A DNA stretch of 64,000 bases from the human T2T-CHM13v2.0 reference genome, Homo sapiens. This document shows positions 23,690-41,870 of the stretch, one piece after another; positions within the stretch are counted from its first letter, which is position 1; each line of letters starts with the position of its first letter. A program made the position numbers and the translations under genes. The notes under the pieces are model-generated. The model was not told the origin of the DNA, made no database searches, and was given only the letters and a program-made list of their open reading frames with translations. The stretch lies in NCBI RefSeq assembly GCF_009914755.1, contig NC_060926.1, one strand, 5' to 3'.

Positions 23690-26600
23690 TGCACACAATT
23701 TTTTTTCCTTTCCACCTGAGACTCCAGTAAAATGATGGTGAAGGAATAAACTCGTATCCTAAATGAATTGGGAAAGAGATCATTGGTAGGTAAGGGGTTT
23801 CAATGAATTTCTTACAGATGAAAAGAGAATGTAAGACATTTCATGAAGAAACAGTGTGAAACAAAGCATCTCAGAATATGCAGGAGGAAACTGCAGCAAA
23901 GGAGAAAGCCAATGGCCCCAGGAAGCTCCAGAAGGCTTCAGGACCAGGCCCCAGTTGGCAGTTATAAAGGAGGGCAGGGGTAAGAAGGAGGGTCCTAAAA
24001 GAAAGGAGTTAACTCAAAGTGGACCCCTCTCACTTCCTCTTTTTAACCCTATTGCCAAGAAATACATTGTAGGAAGCCCGGCATTTCCTTCAGGTCAAAA
24101 ATTACAGGACACTTCTCTAAAGATACTGAACGTACTCCCAGGGGCCAAATAGGACTCCTAGAGTTGGTAAAATCCTTGAGAGTAAAGCCCTCCCTTTATG
24201 CAATTGGGAAATCCCAGTTTAGAGGCTGACTTTCTACAGTTTATCTAAAAGAGCATTGGGCCTACAGCTGATCCCTGCCCACACTGCAGAGCTTCTAGTC
24301 AGCATACGCATTCCTAGGAGAGAGCTAGGAAGAAAAATAGACACACCTTGGATAAGCAAGTAAACTGATGGCAGTTCTGGAGAAAAATCAACACCATTCC
24401 CCATTATTAAGTAGAACCAATCACCAGAAAGAAGACAAACACCTGAGCATAAAATGACAAGGCTAATTCAAACAGAACAAATTACTCCAAAAGAAATAGG
24501 TAACTCAGTGAAGAAAGGAAAACATTAAAAAAAAAAAAAACAACTCTAACGAATAGCCCCAGAATTTTTGAGTTGTTGTATGAATATGGACAAAAACATA
24601 AGCAGAATGCTATTTAAAAGGAACAATAAGAAAATTAATTAGGAAAAATTAATAGAGTAATTGAAGGATAAAGTCAAAGAAATTTCCCAGAACATAAGGC
24701 AAAGAGATGGAACCAGAGAGAAAGGATCTATTTAGAAAGTCAATTATCCGACTAATAGAATTTCCAGAGTGAGAAAACAGAGAAAGTGGATCAAACAAAT
24801 CATATAAGGAATTTTCCCAGAGCTGAAAAGAAGCAGTTTTTAGCCTTAAAAAGTTCACATAGTGCTGACAATCACACACTCTTTAACACATTTCTGCACA
24901 CTGAAGATAGGGTACATCTAAAAGCAGAGAGAGAGAGACGGAGGAAGTGGCCAGTGGGGGAGAGAAACAGAAATTCCTTAAAAATCAGAAGTCAGATTGA
25001 CATTAAACTTCTCATCAGCAACTAGATTCTAGAAGATAATGGATCCAATTCCTTCTAGGTTCTGAGAGAAAATTATTTTGAATATAGAATTCTATATATT
25101 GCTAAATTATCAATCAAATGTCAGGCTGAAATAAAATATTTTCAGAAATGCAAAGCAAAGGAAGTGTGGCTGCCATGAGAATGTGCCCTGCAGATCTCTG
25201 ATTACAGGAGTGTAACTGACGATGGGCCCCACTTTTGTGCCTGAAATCTGTTGGCACATTTGTGTCATGGCTGCTCCCAGCCAAAGACTGAATGTAGCAG
25301 AGATACTAACCCAGACCCATTCCTGGGAGACAGGGGACTCTCCAACAACTGTGTCAAACTTTTCGTCTGACTGAATGGAATCTAAAACACTTCTACCCAA
25401 CCTTCTCTCCCTCTCTCCATCATTCAGGGTCAAACCTGCATCATGCTCTGATATCTCTCCAAGCCTTATCCAGATCTTTCTCTATTTTTACTCATGACTT
25501 GAAATTTACTTTTCAGGGGACCCAGACTAATAGAAAGTTTATCTCCTATGGAACTTCTTGAGGAAAAAACCTGCAAAACCAAGGGTGAAAAGGGGGAAAA
25601 AAACAAACAGAATGAGCAAGACATGAGATATAAATGGCAAACCTAACCAGAGTTCAGTAAATAGGAAGTTGTGCAACAGGTCTGAAAAAGAAATTAGAGT
25701 GGACGTCTGGTTTGAATACGGCTGTTCAAAGTTACCTTTCTCCCTCTCTTTTCCTGGAATTTATCCAAAAGCAACAAGGAAAATGAGACACAAAACTGCA
25801 AACTTCACTTTAAAAGAAGCTTAGAGATAACTAAAACACCAGTCTATATGATAAGTAGAAGAACTGCCATAAACAGGGAGCTTGACGGGGGCATTTGCGT
25901 ACAGAAAGGATGCTGCAGAGAGAAGGTGCTGTGGCCACAGATCTCAGAAAAAGCCAGCAAAATTACCGATCTTAAAGATGAAGGGCATCCTTGGCAGGCA
26001 AAATCAAACCCTTGTTTTTCTAATTGTGTTGAGGAGTACTCTATCAGTAAAAGTGACCCTGAATCTAATTTGGTTCCAAAATACAAATGCGATAGAACAA
26101 GAAATCATACTGATAAGCCATAATAATGGAAAGTGGTCTATCTCTTTGGCAGTGAGGGAAAAAAGAGCTCTTGCATTAAAACAAACAAACAAATGGCACA
26201 CTGGCCTTTCTTCATTAGCTGGGAAACAATAAAAGTGAAACCAGCACACACACAAATTCCAGTTAGCCTGGAACATGGCCCTGGCCCCACTGACACATGA
26301 ATCTCATTCTAAGAGGTGTTCCAGAAATAACTCATTTTCTGCAATGTTGAGTAATGTAAAACAAAGCAGCATATAATTTATATGAAAATGTTAAAAGAAA
26401 AGGAAAAGAAGAAAACAGGGAAAACAAAAGACAGAGAGCCTGAAAATGTTGTCATGGAGCAGATGAAATTTTGACCACAAATATTTCACCATGGATTAAA
26501 CATATATGCAACAGACAATTATCTTTCTAAAGTAAGAGGACAAAGAAGAGATGCAAGAGCTGGGGAAGAGATGATAAAACAGCAGGAGAAGATGAAAAGT

Positions 26601-26830
26601 AAACTGGCAGAACTTAAAAAAGCAGTAAAAGAAATAAATGAAGCCATGATTGAAATAAAGGAAAAGAAACATTGTGAAAAACAAATAAGAGAGACATAAA
26701 ATATTAAATTTAAAAATCAAAATGTTAAAAAGGATTACAGAGGAAAATTAGAGATATCAGATACAGACAAAAGAGATCCAACATACATTAATTGGAACCC
26801 CTGACAAAGAAAATCAAAATAATGAACCAC
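23690..26830 (+). mobile_element. Degraded L1M fragments with an embedded old LTR-like piece (~25170-25530)
   Basis: A-rich ORF1-like segments (CTTCTCATCAGCAACTAGATTCTAGAAGATAATGG...AGAATTCTATAT); boundaries approximate. Confidence 0.55.
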
Positions 26831-26959
26831 ATATATTTACTTTGCTAAATATTTGGACATGGTGAAAGGTAGTGAAAGTATATGCTCTGGTCTCCCCTTT
26901 TTGACAGAGGCCTTTCAAAATTCTAAGCATGCCTCAGAGTCTTCCTTGGCTTTGAAGCT

Positions 26960-27440
26960 ACGTGGACTTGGATTTGAATCTTGGCTCTTCAAGTTGCTAC
27001 AAGAGGCTCCAGCAAGTTATTTAATAGCTCTGGGCCCCAGTATTCTCATCTGTATAATGCACCTGTTAATACCTACTACATAAGAATGCTGTGAGAATTA
27101 AACGAGAATTGCGCATAGTGCCTGAAACGTAGCAGGCAGGGTAAACAAAGAGATCATTTAACTAGAAGAGAGCCATTGAAGGGAATCCTAACCAGATCCC
27201 TTTTTGTCTTTTGGTAACCAAGTCTTAGAAGATAAGAGAGAATAGTAACGTTCCTTAGGCTAGACAGTGTACCGATGTGGTGCCAAATTCCTGGGCTTGA
27301 ATCCCAGCTCCACCATATACAAGTTGGGAGATCTTAGATAAGTTACATAACCTCTCTGTGCCTCAGTTTCTTCATTTGATAACAATAGTACTCATCTACT
27401 AGGACCGGTATGAGAATTCAATGAATTAATATATATAAAG
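26960..27440 (+). mobile_element. Two MIR fragments
   Basis: GGATTTGAATCTTGGCTC...CTCATCTGTATAATG and TTGAATCCCAGCTCCACC...CCTCTCTGTGCCTCAGTTTC. Confidence 0.7.
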
Positions 27441-27471
27441 TAGTCAGATGACCTCTTGGATGATAATAAAT

Positions 27472-27765
27472 ACAGGCATGTGTCACACAACAGCTTTTCA
27501 GTCAACCAACAGGTTATAATACAGTACTTTTACTGTAACTTTTCCACATTTAGATATATTTAAATACACAAATACCACTGTGTTACAATTGCCTACAGTA
27601 TTCAGTACAGTAACATGCTGTACTGATTTGAAGCCATACAACATAGCTGTGTAGTAGGTTATACCATTCAGGTTTGTTTAAGTACACTCTATGATCTTCA
27701 AACAATAATGAAATCAGCTAACACTGCATTTCTCAGAAAGTATCCTCAGCATTAAGTGACAGATG
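27472..27765. mobile_element. Tigger3/MER7-like DNA transposon
   Basis: TTACAATTGCCTACAGTATTCAGTACAGTAACATGCTGTAC...GCATTTCTCAGAAAGTATCC...TTAAGTGAC. Confidence 0.75.
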
Positions 27766-27834
27766 AATAAATGTTGGCTATCACTGGGTTTGGAAAATTA
27801 GCCTTGAGGGCCTCCAGGTTAAGATGTCGAGTTG

Positions 27835-29025
27835 AAGCAACAAAAGCAAAAACAGACAAATGGGATTGCATCAAACTAAAAAGCTTCTACATGACAAAGG
27901 AATCAATTAATAGAAAGAAAAGGCAACTCACAGATTGGGTGAAAATATTTTCAAATCATACATCAAATCAGAGGCTAATATACAAAGTAAACAAGGAACT
28001 CAAACTACTCAATAACAAGAAAACAACCTATTAAAAATGGGCGAATGACTTGAATAGACATTTCTCAAAAGAAGACATATAACTGGACAACAGATATATC
28101 CAAAAATGTTCAACATCTTTACTCATAAGAGTAATGAAAATTAAACCACAATGAGATATCATCTCACACCTGTTAGATTGGTTGTTATCAAAAAGAGGAA
28201 AGATAACAAGTGTTGGTGAGGATGTGGGGAAAAGAGAACCCTTATGCACTGTTGGTGGGAATGTAAATCAGTACAGCCATTTTGGAAAACTGTGGAGGTT
28301 CCTCAAAAAAACTAAAAATAGAATTATCATATGATCCACCAATCCCACTCCTGGGTATATACCCAAAGGAATTGAAATCAGTATATTGAAGACATATCTG
28401 CACTTCCATGTTCATCGCAGCGCTATACACAATAGCCAAGATATGGAAACAACCTAAGTGCTCATTCATGGATGAATGGATTTTTTTTAATGTGGTGTAT
28501 TTGTAAATGGAATACTCTTCAGCCTTAAAATAACCCAGGAAATTCTGTCATTTGTGACAACGAGGATAAACCTAAAGGACATTTCAGTGAAATAAGCCAG
28601 GCACAAAGAGACAAATACTGTGTGATTTCATTTATATGAGGAATCTCAAAAAGTCAGTCTCATAGAAGAGAGTAGAATGGTGGTTACCAGAGGCTGGGTG
28701 GCAGGTGGGAGGGTTGAAAGGGAAAGAGGAGACACTGGTCAATGGGTTTGAAGTTTCAGTTAGATAAGAGGAACAAGCTCTGGTGTTCTACTGCACAGCA
28801 CAGTGACTATAGTTAATAATAATATATATTTCAAAATAGCTAAAAGAGGATTTTAGATGTTCTTGCCAACAAGGAATGATAAATATTCGAGGTGATGAAT
28901 ATGCTAATTCACCTGACGTGATCATTCTACAGTGTATACATGTATTGAAACAACACATTTTACACCATAAATATGTGTAATTCTTGTCAATTAAAAATAA
29001 AACAAAACTTAAAAATATAAACAAA
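27835..29025 (+). mobile_element. L1MA 3' end (ORF2 C-terminus plus 3'UTR)
   Basis: ATKAKTDKWDCIKLKSF ORF2 motif, L1MA-type 3'UTR, A-rich tail. Confidence 0.9.
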
Positions 29026-29049
29026 AATCAATTTTTAAAAAGATGCCTA

Positions 29050-32090
<3,041 letters not shown>

Positions 32091-32621
32091 AAACTAATTT
32101 GAAAAATCAATTAATTTCTCTTAGCAAGAGGTGTCTCATGGCTGCCCTGACTCAAACGTAAGGCTTGGAAAATAATGACAATCTTGCCCCTCCCCAAAAA
32201 ACCCAGCCTCTTATTTTTGTGTAGCTGTGTATTTCTTAAAGTATGTTATTATTTCAAAGAATTATACCCATATCAAATATCTTGGAGACGAAGAAAGTTA
32301 TTCACAGGGAAGAAAATTATAACGAAGCAGGAAATTCTTAAATGCAAGTTTAAACACCTTCCTAAACTTCAACCATTGTAATTTATCATGTAGCTAATTT
32401 CCTTTTTGACTTATTGGGAAATCTTTAGGTCCCCCCCATTCCTGTGTTGTCTGGTTCAGCCCTTGGCCTGTTGATGGCCTTTTAGCTCCTTGGGACCTGC
32501 TCTGGGGGAGCTCCAGGGACTCAGGCTCCTCCTGGCTTCAGCCTGTGTCCAGTTCTTTTTTTTTTTTTTTCCTATAATAGTGAGCTTTAAGATTTTTATT
32601 TTATTTTATTTTAAAAATGTT

Positions 32622-32782
32622 AAGAGACAGGGTCTTGCTGTGTTGCCCAGGCTAGAGTGTAGTGGCTATTCACAGGCATGATCATCATAACTACTGTAGC
32701 CTTGAACTCCTGGCCTCCAAGGATCCTCCTACCTCAGCCTCCCAAATAGCAGGGATATCAGGTGCACACCACAGTGCATGGG
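32622..32782 (-). mobile_element. FAM (fossil Alu monomer)
   Basis: Monomeric; retains the 7SL-derived GTGGCTATTCACAGGC segment absent from dimeric Alus. Confidence 0.75.
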
Positions 32783-33070
32783 TCCCGTGCCCAGTTCTTT
32801 CTTAACTGGCTTATCTTCCATTTGACAGGCAAGAACGCACCCTCCCTGGGGACAGAGACCTGCTCATCACTCTGAACCTGGTACAGAAAATGCCCAAAAA
32901 TTATTAGTTGAAAGAACAAACTGCTTTCCTAACCTCAGAACAACCCTGAAGTGGCTGTTAGAGCTGAAGGGATCCTAGTGTACCTAGTCCAATCACCTTA
33001 TTTTGCAGAAGCTCAGATAGGAGCCAGCATTTGTTCAGGCCACTTTGTGAGTTAGATGCTGAGCTAGAGA

Positions 33071-33469
33071 TATTCATTTCCTGTGGCTGCTGTAACAGAG
33101 CACCACAAACTGGGTGCCTTTACAACATCAGAAATCCAAAATCAAGGTGTGGGCATGGCCAGGCTCCCTCCAAAAGCTTTAGAGGGGGATTCTCCTTTGC
33201 CTCCTCCAGCTTCTGGTAGCTTCAGGAGTTACTTGGATCACGGCAGCCTGACTCCAATTTCTGCCTCTGCTTTCATGTGGCTGTCTTCCCTCTTTGTTTG
33301 GGTGTCTGTGTGACTTCCTATGGCATCCTCCTTTTGTGTCTTCGCATCGTCTTTCTATAAGGACACCAGTCATGCTGGATTAAAGGCTCATGCTACTCCA
33401 GTATGACTTCATCTTAACTAACTGTATCTGCAATGACCTTATTTGCAAATAATAATTCAACCTATAACA
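33071..33469 (-). mobile_element. MaLR LTR (MLT1B/C-like)
   Basis: GTGGCTGCTGTAACAGAGCACCACAAACTGGG...TATAAGGACACCAGTCAT...TATGACTTCATCTTAAC...AATTCAACCTATAACA. Confidence 0.8.
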
Positions 33470-33662
33470 GTATGGAAAACAGATTTTCTGTTCCTGGCTT
33501 GGCAGGTTTACCACTAGGTCACCTGGCTGCCCTTCTCTCTGAGTTAAGTGGCCTAGCTCCATCCCTCCCGGTAAAGATGGTTCTTCCAGCTTGCTGATAG
33601 GAGTACTTTAAAGTTACTGCTTAAAGGTGAGTTTGCACTTTAAAAGGAGCTCTTAAAAATCA

Positions 33663-33910
<248 letters not shown>

Positions 33911-35311
33911 TCAGAGGTTTCATGAAGAACTAAATAAATAAAATACGTGATAAGTGAGAGACAGAATTTCAAACTTGGTGAAAGGCAGTGGGGGAGATAT
34001 TTGAGAACGTGTCCATCCTGGCATCCCTCCAGCCCACTTCCTGAGTTTTGCCCTCTACTCATGAGCCCAGACATGACAAAGGGCATTCTGACAGAGAAAG
34101 GCTCACCCTGCCTCTGAGAAGATGCAATGTCAGGACCACTGTCCTCTTCTGCTTCCCATACCTCAGCATCCTCCTTACCCTGGGGCTCCCAGCGATGGCT
34201 GGAAGGTTGGAGAAAGGAGGTGGAACGGAATGCTCCCTTAACACTCACCTTGCCCCTGTCACTTTGAGTCCATGCCTTTCCTGCCATGTTCAATAGCCTG
34301 CTCCCCTCCAGGTGCCACAATGACCCAACCAAGCCCACAGTGACAGGGAAACAGGAGCCCAGGATCATGGGTCTCTTTCTCATACGGAAGAACAAGGATG
34401 ATGGTCTCACCCTTTAGGATGACACAGTCTTTTGAGTTGGGACGTGCTGTCTTTGCTTCTTTTCAATGGAGACCACAAGCCTCTGTGGATAACAGGCTGT
34501 CGGGTCATGCTGGTCCTGTAGTGTTTGTTTTTAAAGCCACGAGAATCAATCTGATTCATGTCCTTAATGATTCAGCCTTCCCTGTAATTGTGAGAGAGGA
34601 GAGGTTTGTCTTGCGGCCTCCACGTCTCCCTCCTGGTTATCTACCCTTCTCCCCTCCATTGCCATAAATTGCACCAATCCTAAAGGCAGTGGCCCACACC
34701 TTTGTGGTAATGTGTCACCCTCCCAGGAGTCTTCACACTGTTAAAGAGCAAAGCAGTGAGGGGACTCTGAAGGACAGAGCCTTTTGTATGAAGAGGGCCA
34801 TTTGGGGATAGGGGTGAGGTTGGATGGCTTCCAGTCCGCCCTCCACTATCTCTGCTTGGAACTGATGTGGGTGGTGGGCTTTCCTGCCAGGAGCCCCATC
34901 TTCCAGCCGGAGCAGGGCCTGAAGGGCGACGCTCATGGGCTGGCAACGGTGAAGGCGGGTCAAGGGCCCAGTGAAGTGGCCACAGGGACCAGATGCAGGG
35001 AAACCGTCATGCGCTGCCACCAAAATAAACTTCAAAGGCAGTGACAAGATAGACATGCTGGGTAATGACATCCTGGAGCTTCCTTTCATCTCAGCATCTG
35101 GAATCCTGAAAACATTCATTATGCCTTCCTCCCTTTGAATGGAGGAGGAATCGTGCAGTTGTCACTGAGGCAGGACATCTCAGGCCCCTGGGAAAGAGCC
35201 CTGGGCTGGAACCAGGAGTTCCATGGGGTTCCAGCCTCAGCCCTGTCAATGCAGTGGTTCTTAGGCAAATTCCTTAACCTGAGTTTTGGTTTTGTTTTGT
35301 TTAAAAATGGA

Positions 35312-35347
<36 letters not shown>
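35312..35347. repeat. (AAT)12 microsatellite within a MIR-like fragment
   Basis: 12 perfect AAT units. Confidence 0.95.
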
Positions 35348-35350
<3 letters not shown>

Positions 35351-36534
35351 CAGGAACTTTGGGAAGCACTTGGCTCCAGGTATTGTATGAGGGCTGCACC
35401 TGCCTTATCCCAGGAGGCCCACACAGTACCTCAGGAGACCAGGGTGGCCACAGAGCCCGTTCTGCAGATCAAAAAGCCAAGTCCTTGAGAGAATGATTGA
35501 CCTTGCCAGTAAGTAGAGGTGCTGGTGTATGAATGCAAGTCTGCTGGCTGCAAAGGCAGGGCCGATAGGCTGAAAAGAAAGTCTAATAAGTGGAGGTTCT
35601 TCAGAAAGTTCTGCCTTCCACAGAAGTCAGGGGCAGGCGAGGGAGCAGAGTCTGGGCCCATCCTGCCTTCCACACCAGGTCAGGCTGTGGCATCTCAGAG
35701 CCAACTTCCCTGCTGCTGGTGCTTGTGCAAGATTTAGTCAGATTTCTAGGGACTTGATGATATGGAAGGAACAGCATAGAATGTCCTAGACTAAAATGTT
35801 GTCTTGTTCCTTTCAAACCCCTCACTTGGCTTCTTAAACCTTCAGCCTAGGAAAGCCAAACCGTTCTAGCCTTAATCAGTTCTGGGAACGCAGTCACCAT
35901 AGTAGGAAGAAAATTTTAACAACATTCTTCTGTGGTGTTGCTTTCTACCCCTCCCTGGGGCCGAGGAACATTATTTGATGGTGGAAAAAAAATTAGGGGT
36001 GGGGAGGGGAAGTGTCTTTTCTCCTTTTGCTATTGGAAAGGAGATTGATTTTTGTAATGAACAATGATGCACTTCAAATTAATGCCATCAAGATTCCACA
36101 GCACCATAGCCTGATCCTTGCTCTAGTACCTGTGAATGACCAGCCAGGAGAGAAAGCCCTCCAGGGCCTTGTGCCCTCTGCACCAGGAAAGGCAGCCCCT
36201 CAGAGTGCCTGTGGTTTCAGAGCTTTCTCCCCCTAAGCAGGTTTGCTGGGCACCGGGCTGAGCACCATGGTTACACTGGGTGGAGGATGGTGAGATCCCC
36301 CCACTTCTGGTAGTGAGCCATGGGAGACCACACTTGCACTGAAGGGCCAGGTGAGGAGTAGGTGAGGCGGGCACAGGAACACAGGATGGTCAGGACACGG
36401 GATGGTGTCCTCAAGTCCAGCAGGTGAGCCTGGAGGCATAGTTAGGGCCAGATCCAAAAGGTATCCTTGCAAGTCGTGTTGAATGAGTGGCGTGCCCAGT
36501 GAGGAATGGGCAATCTTGAAGGATTTTTTTTTCT

Positions 36535-36835
36535 CTCTTTTTTTTTTTGAGATAAGGTTTCACTCTGTTCCCCAGGCTGGAGTGCAGTGGCACGATCTTG
36601 GCTTACTGCAACCTTGACCTACCTGGCTCAAGCGGTCCTCCCACACCTCAGCCTCCCAAGTAGCTGGGACTACAGGCATGCACCACCAAGCCCAGCTAAT
36701 TTTTGTATTTTTTGTAGAAATGGGGTTTTGCCATGTTGGCCAGGCTGGTCTTGACCTCCTGGGTTCAAGTGATCTTCCTGCCTCCGAGTAGCTACTGCCT
36801 CCGAGTAGCTACAGGTGCAGGCCACCGCGCCTGGC
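36535..36835 (-). mobile_element. Alu (AluJ-like), followed by a short antisense Alu fragment ~36868-36910
   Basis: Poly-T, then GAGATAAGGTTTCACTCTG...CCACCGCGCCTGGC. Confidence 0.9.
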
Positions 36836-37399
36836 TAACTAAAAAAAAAAAAGAAAAAGAAAAAAAATTTTTTTTTAAGAGACAGGGTCTCGCTATGTGG
36901 TCCAGGCTAAATCTAGAAGGATTTGAGGCAAGAACGTAGAAGAATTTAGAAAACCTAGATGATTCCTGTGTGAGAAGAGCGCCCCCGGGAGGCCTCGTGG
37001 CAGGACAGCAAGGCTGGGAGGGTGCTGCCAATTCACCAAACATAAATGACTGGGCCTGAGCCAATTCCCTGAAGACAGAGACACGCGTTATTTTTAAGCT
37101 TTTTGTTCAACTTTCTGCAAAAGAAACCACTGTCTATTGAATATTCTATGTCGCTAGTGAGAATTTAAGACATAAAGCAAGATTTCCTCAAAAGATAGTC
37201 ATTGTTTTGTGATTGGCTTCCAGGGCTGGAGTATAAACTTGAGGAGATGAAATCAAACATTCATCACAGGATTTCAACATCCTTTTCTTATTTCAAATTG
37301 TGGCTGCTTGTTGTTCTTCATTTAGGGACTCACTTGGTGGTTATAATAATATTGACAGCTGACACAGAGCTTCTTCCATGTCCTGCTGGGTTCTAGGAG

Positions 37400-38117
<718 letters not shown>

Positions 38118-40414
38118 TGAACCCAAGCAGCCTGGCTCCAGAGCCCCACTTACCTGCCTTCTCATGATATAACATGCCCAGGACAGGCCAGCACGTAGTG
38201 GTACCAAAATGCAGGCAGGTTCTTTACCTGGAAGCATATATGCAAGGTTTTGTGTCTGTGTTCATTCTCCTGGAGGGAGAGTCTAGCTCTTGACACCTTC
38301 TTGATCCCAGTGGGTTAAGAGCCTCCAACAGTAACATTCAGGAGCCCCGGGGTCTAGCACTGCCTCTATCACTAAGCAGCAGTGTGACGTTGGGCAAGCT
38401 GCTTCACCTCTGTGCTTCAGTCTCCTCATCTGTAGAATGGAGGAGGAGCAGTAAACTATGTGATCTCAACAACTTCTTCCAGCTCTAATGTTCTATAGCT
38501 CTGAATTAGTTCTATAAATGTCTGAGCCTCTACCCTGCATAAGCCAAGGTGCCTTGCTAGGTCCTGGAGTGACAAGGAGGAAGAAGAACATCCTGCACCT
38601 CAGAGGAGCTTGACTTCTCATCCAGGAAAACAGCCACTAGGTCTTGTCTCCCTCAAGGACAGCTGGGGGCTGAGAGAGGAGACAGCACCATGATGTTGGG
38701 ATAGCGCCCTGGGGTGACAGGAGCCACGAAGCCTGTGAGCTGGGTTTTGGACCCAGTCACCCCCTGGGCATTAGGACAACTCTAGGTGCGTCTGGGGGAG
38801 GCCTCAAGAGGGAAGTGCTGGCTGTTCTGTCACTATGGCTGTGTGGAGCCCGAACAGTGAGTGGAAAGAAAGTAAGAGACATGATCCCATATGCCCCGCA
38901 AGCTGGCTCATGGGTTATGGGTGATATTTATAGACAATACAGCTAGGATAAAGCCTAGAGCAAAAGGCCAGGTCAGCAAATGCTGCTGCCTCTAGTGACA
39001 GTGATGAGAATTGTTGCACAGAGGCTGGGATTCGAGACCTATGGTATACTCTCAGGAGTGGCAGTGTTTGGGAGATGGCTAACAGATACGATGAAGGTGC
39101 CTCCCTAAATGCATTGAGGAAGTAGCCACCCAAAAGTGCAATCTGTGGCAAATAAGTTGTCATCCTGAGCCGGATCACCTCTGGGTGATCTGATAAAGTT
39201 AGTTTTCTAGCCCTACAAGGGAGAAAGCCAGAATGACAGTGACCCAACAACAGGCCAGCGCACTTCCTGCCTGTGTGTATCATGCTCCAGTGCCCAAGAA
39301 TGGGAGGGAGAGCATTGCTACGGCTCACCATTAAGATTTTAACACCATGAGAGGGTTCCTGGTGTCACTGTATGTCAGTATCACCGTGAGGAAATTCTTG
39401 CAGCCTTTAGACCCCAGTGAAGGCAAAAGGAGGCTTTACTTTTTCCAGCCCTCGTTAACCTGACAAATCAACCAGCTGTCTTAGACAAATCTTGGCAAGC
39501 GTTTGTCTTGCCTTGTTTATAACAAAACATTTCCCACCCAAGCCTGTGGTCAGGTTTTGTTTTTTAATGAATGGGAATGAGGATATTGCACTGCCTTCTC
39601 AGGAACTTCACAGAGAGTCACTACTGTTTCCTGACCTCTCCTTGGGACTTCAGGAAGCGATACTGACCTTAGACCCCAATAAAAGGGGCTTGGGTCCTGT
39701 GCCTCAGAGGGCCCTGCCTGACCCTTTCTTTGGCCATGCCTTTCATGAGGGTGGAGTGAGCGGGGCCAAGGAGACACGCTCACCTGGTGCTACACTGTGC
39801 CCTGGTGATCTAGGACCCCAAATTCCCTGCCCAAACAGCTGCAGCCTACTTCTAGGGTCCACACAGGTTCTTCCCAGAGTTCATTTTCCCAGGGACTCAC
39901 AGGGTGTCCAGAAAGCAGCCATTTGCCTGGGGGTATGCCTGGGGGCATGCACTCTGGGTGTCCACATGTGTGCTCACAAGGCCACCTGTGTCATGGGATG
40001 GACACAGCATTGGGAACAGAAGGATAATGGTCCTCTCCTCACACTGCCATTTTCCTCTGGGGAGCTCCAGCAAGTCTGAACTCTACATTTGAACCTAGCT
40101 TTCTAGCTCATGACGAATTTGTAAAACTAGGAAGATAGAATATATTTAACTTAAAATGTTTAGCTTGATGTAAAACTCTTCGATGTCTAGAGTATTGAGC
40201 CTCCAATGATATGCAAACCCTGCACCGCCAAAGGTTCAGAGCAGTTGTGTTGGCCAGAAATGATCTTTGTTGTATGCTGAGATTGTACAAAGCAAAGACC
40301 CACCTCTAGAGAAGCACTCCTGTTCCTAACTCTGAAGTCAGGATATTTTGAACAGGTAAAACAATGTAAACTGAGATAATCAATTTTAAGTTTATTTTAG
40401 AATGATGCCAATGA

Positions 40415-40515
40415 TGTGAGTGTGGCTGTGTGTGTGTGCATGCATATTTGGATGTGTGCGGTTGTGTGTCTATGTGTGTGTGTGTGCGTGCACATGTGTT
40501 TGTGTGTATGCATGC
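40415..40515. repeat. Imperfect (TG)n tract
   Basis: TG dinucleotide-rich run. Confidence 0.85.
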
Positions 40516-41507
40516 ATTAATTTTAAAAATGGTAGAAACCAATGTCTAGAGGTCTGAATCAGTGGAAAATGTTATGGTGTCCCCACTGAAAAATTCAAAA
40601 TTAAAATAATCTTAAATCATCAAAAATTATTCCCCTAGATTCTGATTTTTTTCCATATTGATTATTTCCCTGTTTTGCAGATGAGAAGACTGTGGCTTGG
40701 AGACGTTAAGTGACTTACCCAAGGGCACAGAGCTCATGAACCTGAATCAGGGTTCACGCCAAACAGTGTGGCTCTGGGGCCCCGGGCTCCTGTACACTAT
40801 TCTGCATGATCTCTTGGCCTGGAGAACAGACCCAGGTGGACTGGGGCCATCACTCTGGATGTCCAAAAGATGAGGACTTCTTAGGAAGTTGAGCAGCGAG
40901 CAATAGATATTATTAATAGATGTCAATAGCTGCTCAGACATAGTAATCAAATGAATTCTAAGGTCTTGAATGTAAGGAGACTCACCACTTATCCTTCATC
41001 CCTTTGCTGGTGACAAGAAGAGACCAAGGTTTGTGATGGTACTGCTGGGGGCTGCCTGTCAGAAAAAGGAAGGCATCCTGCTTGGACCGGTTTCTGCAGA
41101 GGAAGGAAAGAAAGGAAACGTCGTCCCCTGGTGGGCATCGTTGGTAGCGGCAGTAGGCAGCCGACCAGCATTAGGTATGAGGAGGATGTTAAGGCAAGGA
41201 GGTTTCTCGAGTCCTGGTGAATTATCATGTTGTAACTATCCCATGGCCATTTAAAAGGAATGTGCATTCTGCTTAAAGGATATATATGCGTCTATTAAAT
41301 CAAGATGCTTTTATTGTTACATTCTTCAAATCCTCTATATTCATATATAAATCCATGCATATGAAAATATATGAATATATAGTCTAAATTCATATATATA
41401 GTCTATATTCATATATGTATATATTTCTTGTGTCAATTACGAGGGGCAGAGAGACATGTTAAAATCTCCTGGCTATAATTTTTATTTGTCTATTTTCCTT
41501 CATATAC

Positions 41508-41870
41508 TGCTATGGTTTGAATATCCCTTCCAAAACTCATGTTGAAATTTAATTGCCATTGTAACAGTACTAAGAGGTGGAATCTTTAAGAGATAATTAG
41601 GCCATGAGGACTCCACTGTCTCGAATGGATTAGTGTTGCTATCATGGGAATAGTTTCGCTATAAAAGAGTGAAGAAAGACCCCCTTTTCTCTCTCACCCT
41701 CTCTTGCCCTTCTGTCTTCTGCCATGGGATGACACAGAAAGAAGGCTTCACCAAATGCTGGTGCCTTGATCTTGGACTTCCCAGCTTCCAGATGTGAGAG
41801 AAATAAATCTGTGTTCATTATAAATGACCCAGTCTCAGGTAATCTGTTTAGCAGAAAAAACAGACTAAGA
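41508..41870 (+). mobile_element. MaLR LTR (MST-like)
   Basis: TGCTATGGTTTGAAT...CCAAAACTCATGTTGAAATTTAAT...GGACTTCCCAGC...AATAAA...CAGACTAAGA. Confidence 0.85.

Noticed and set aside
39492-40079. 195-aa ORF
   Set aside because: Non-ATG start, no recognisable domain or exon structure; compatible with chance
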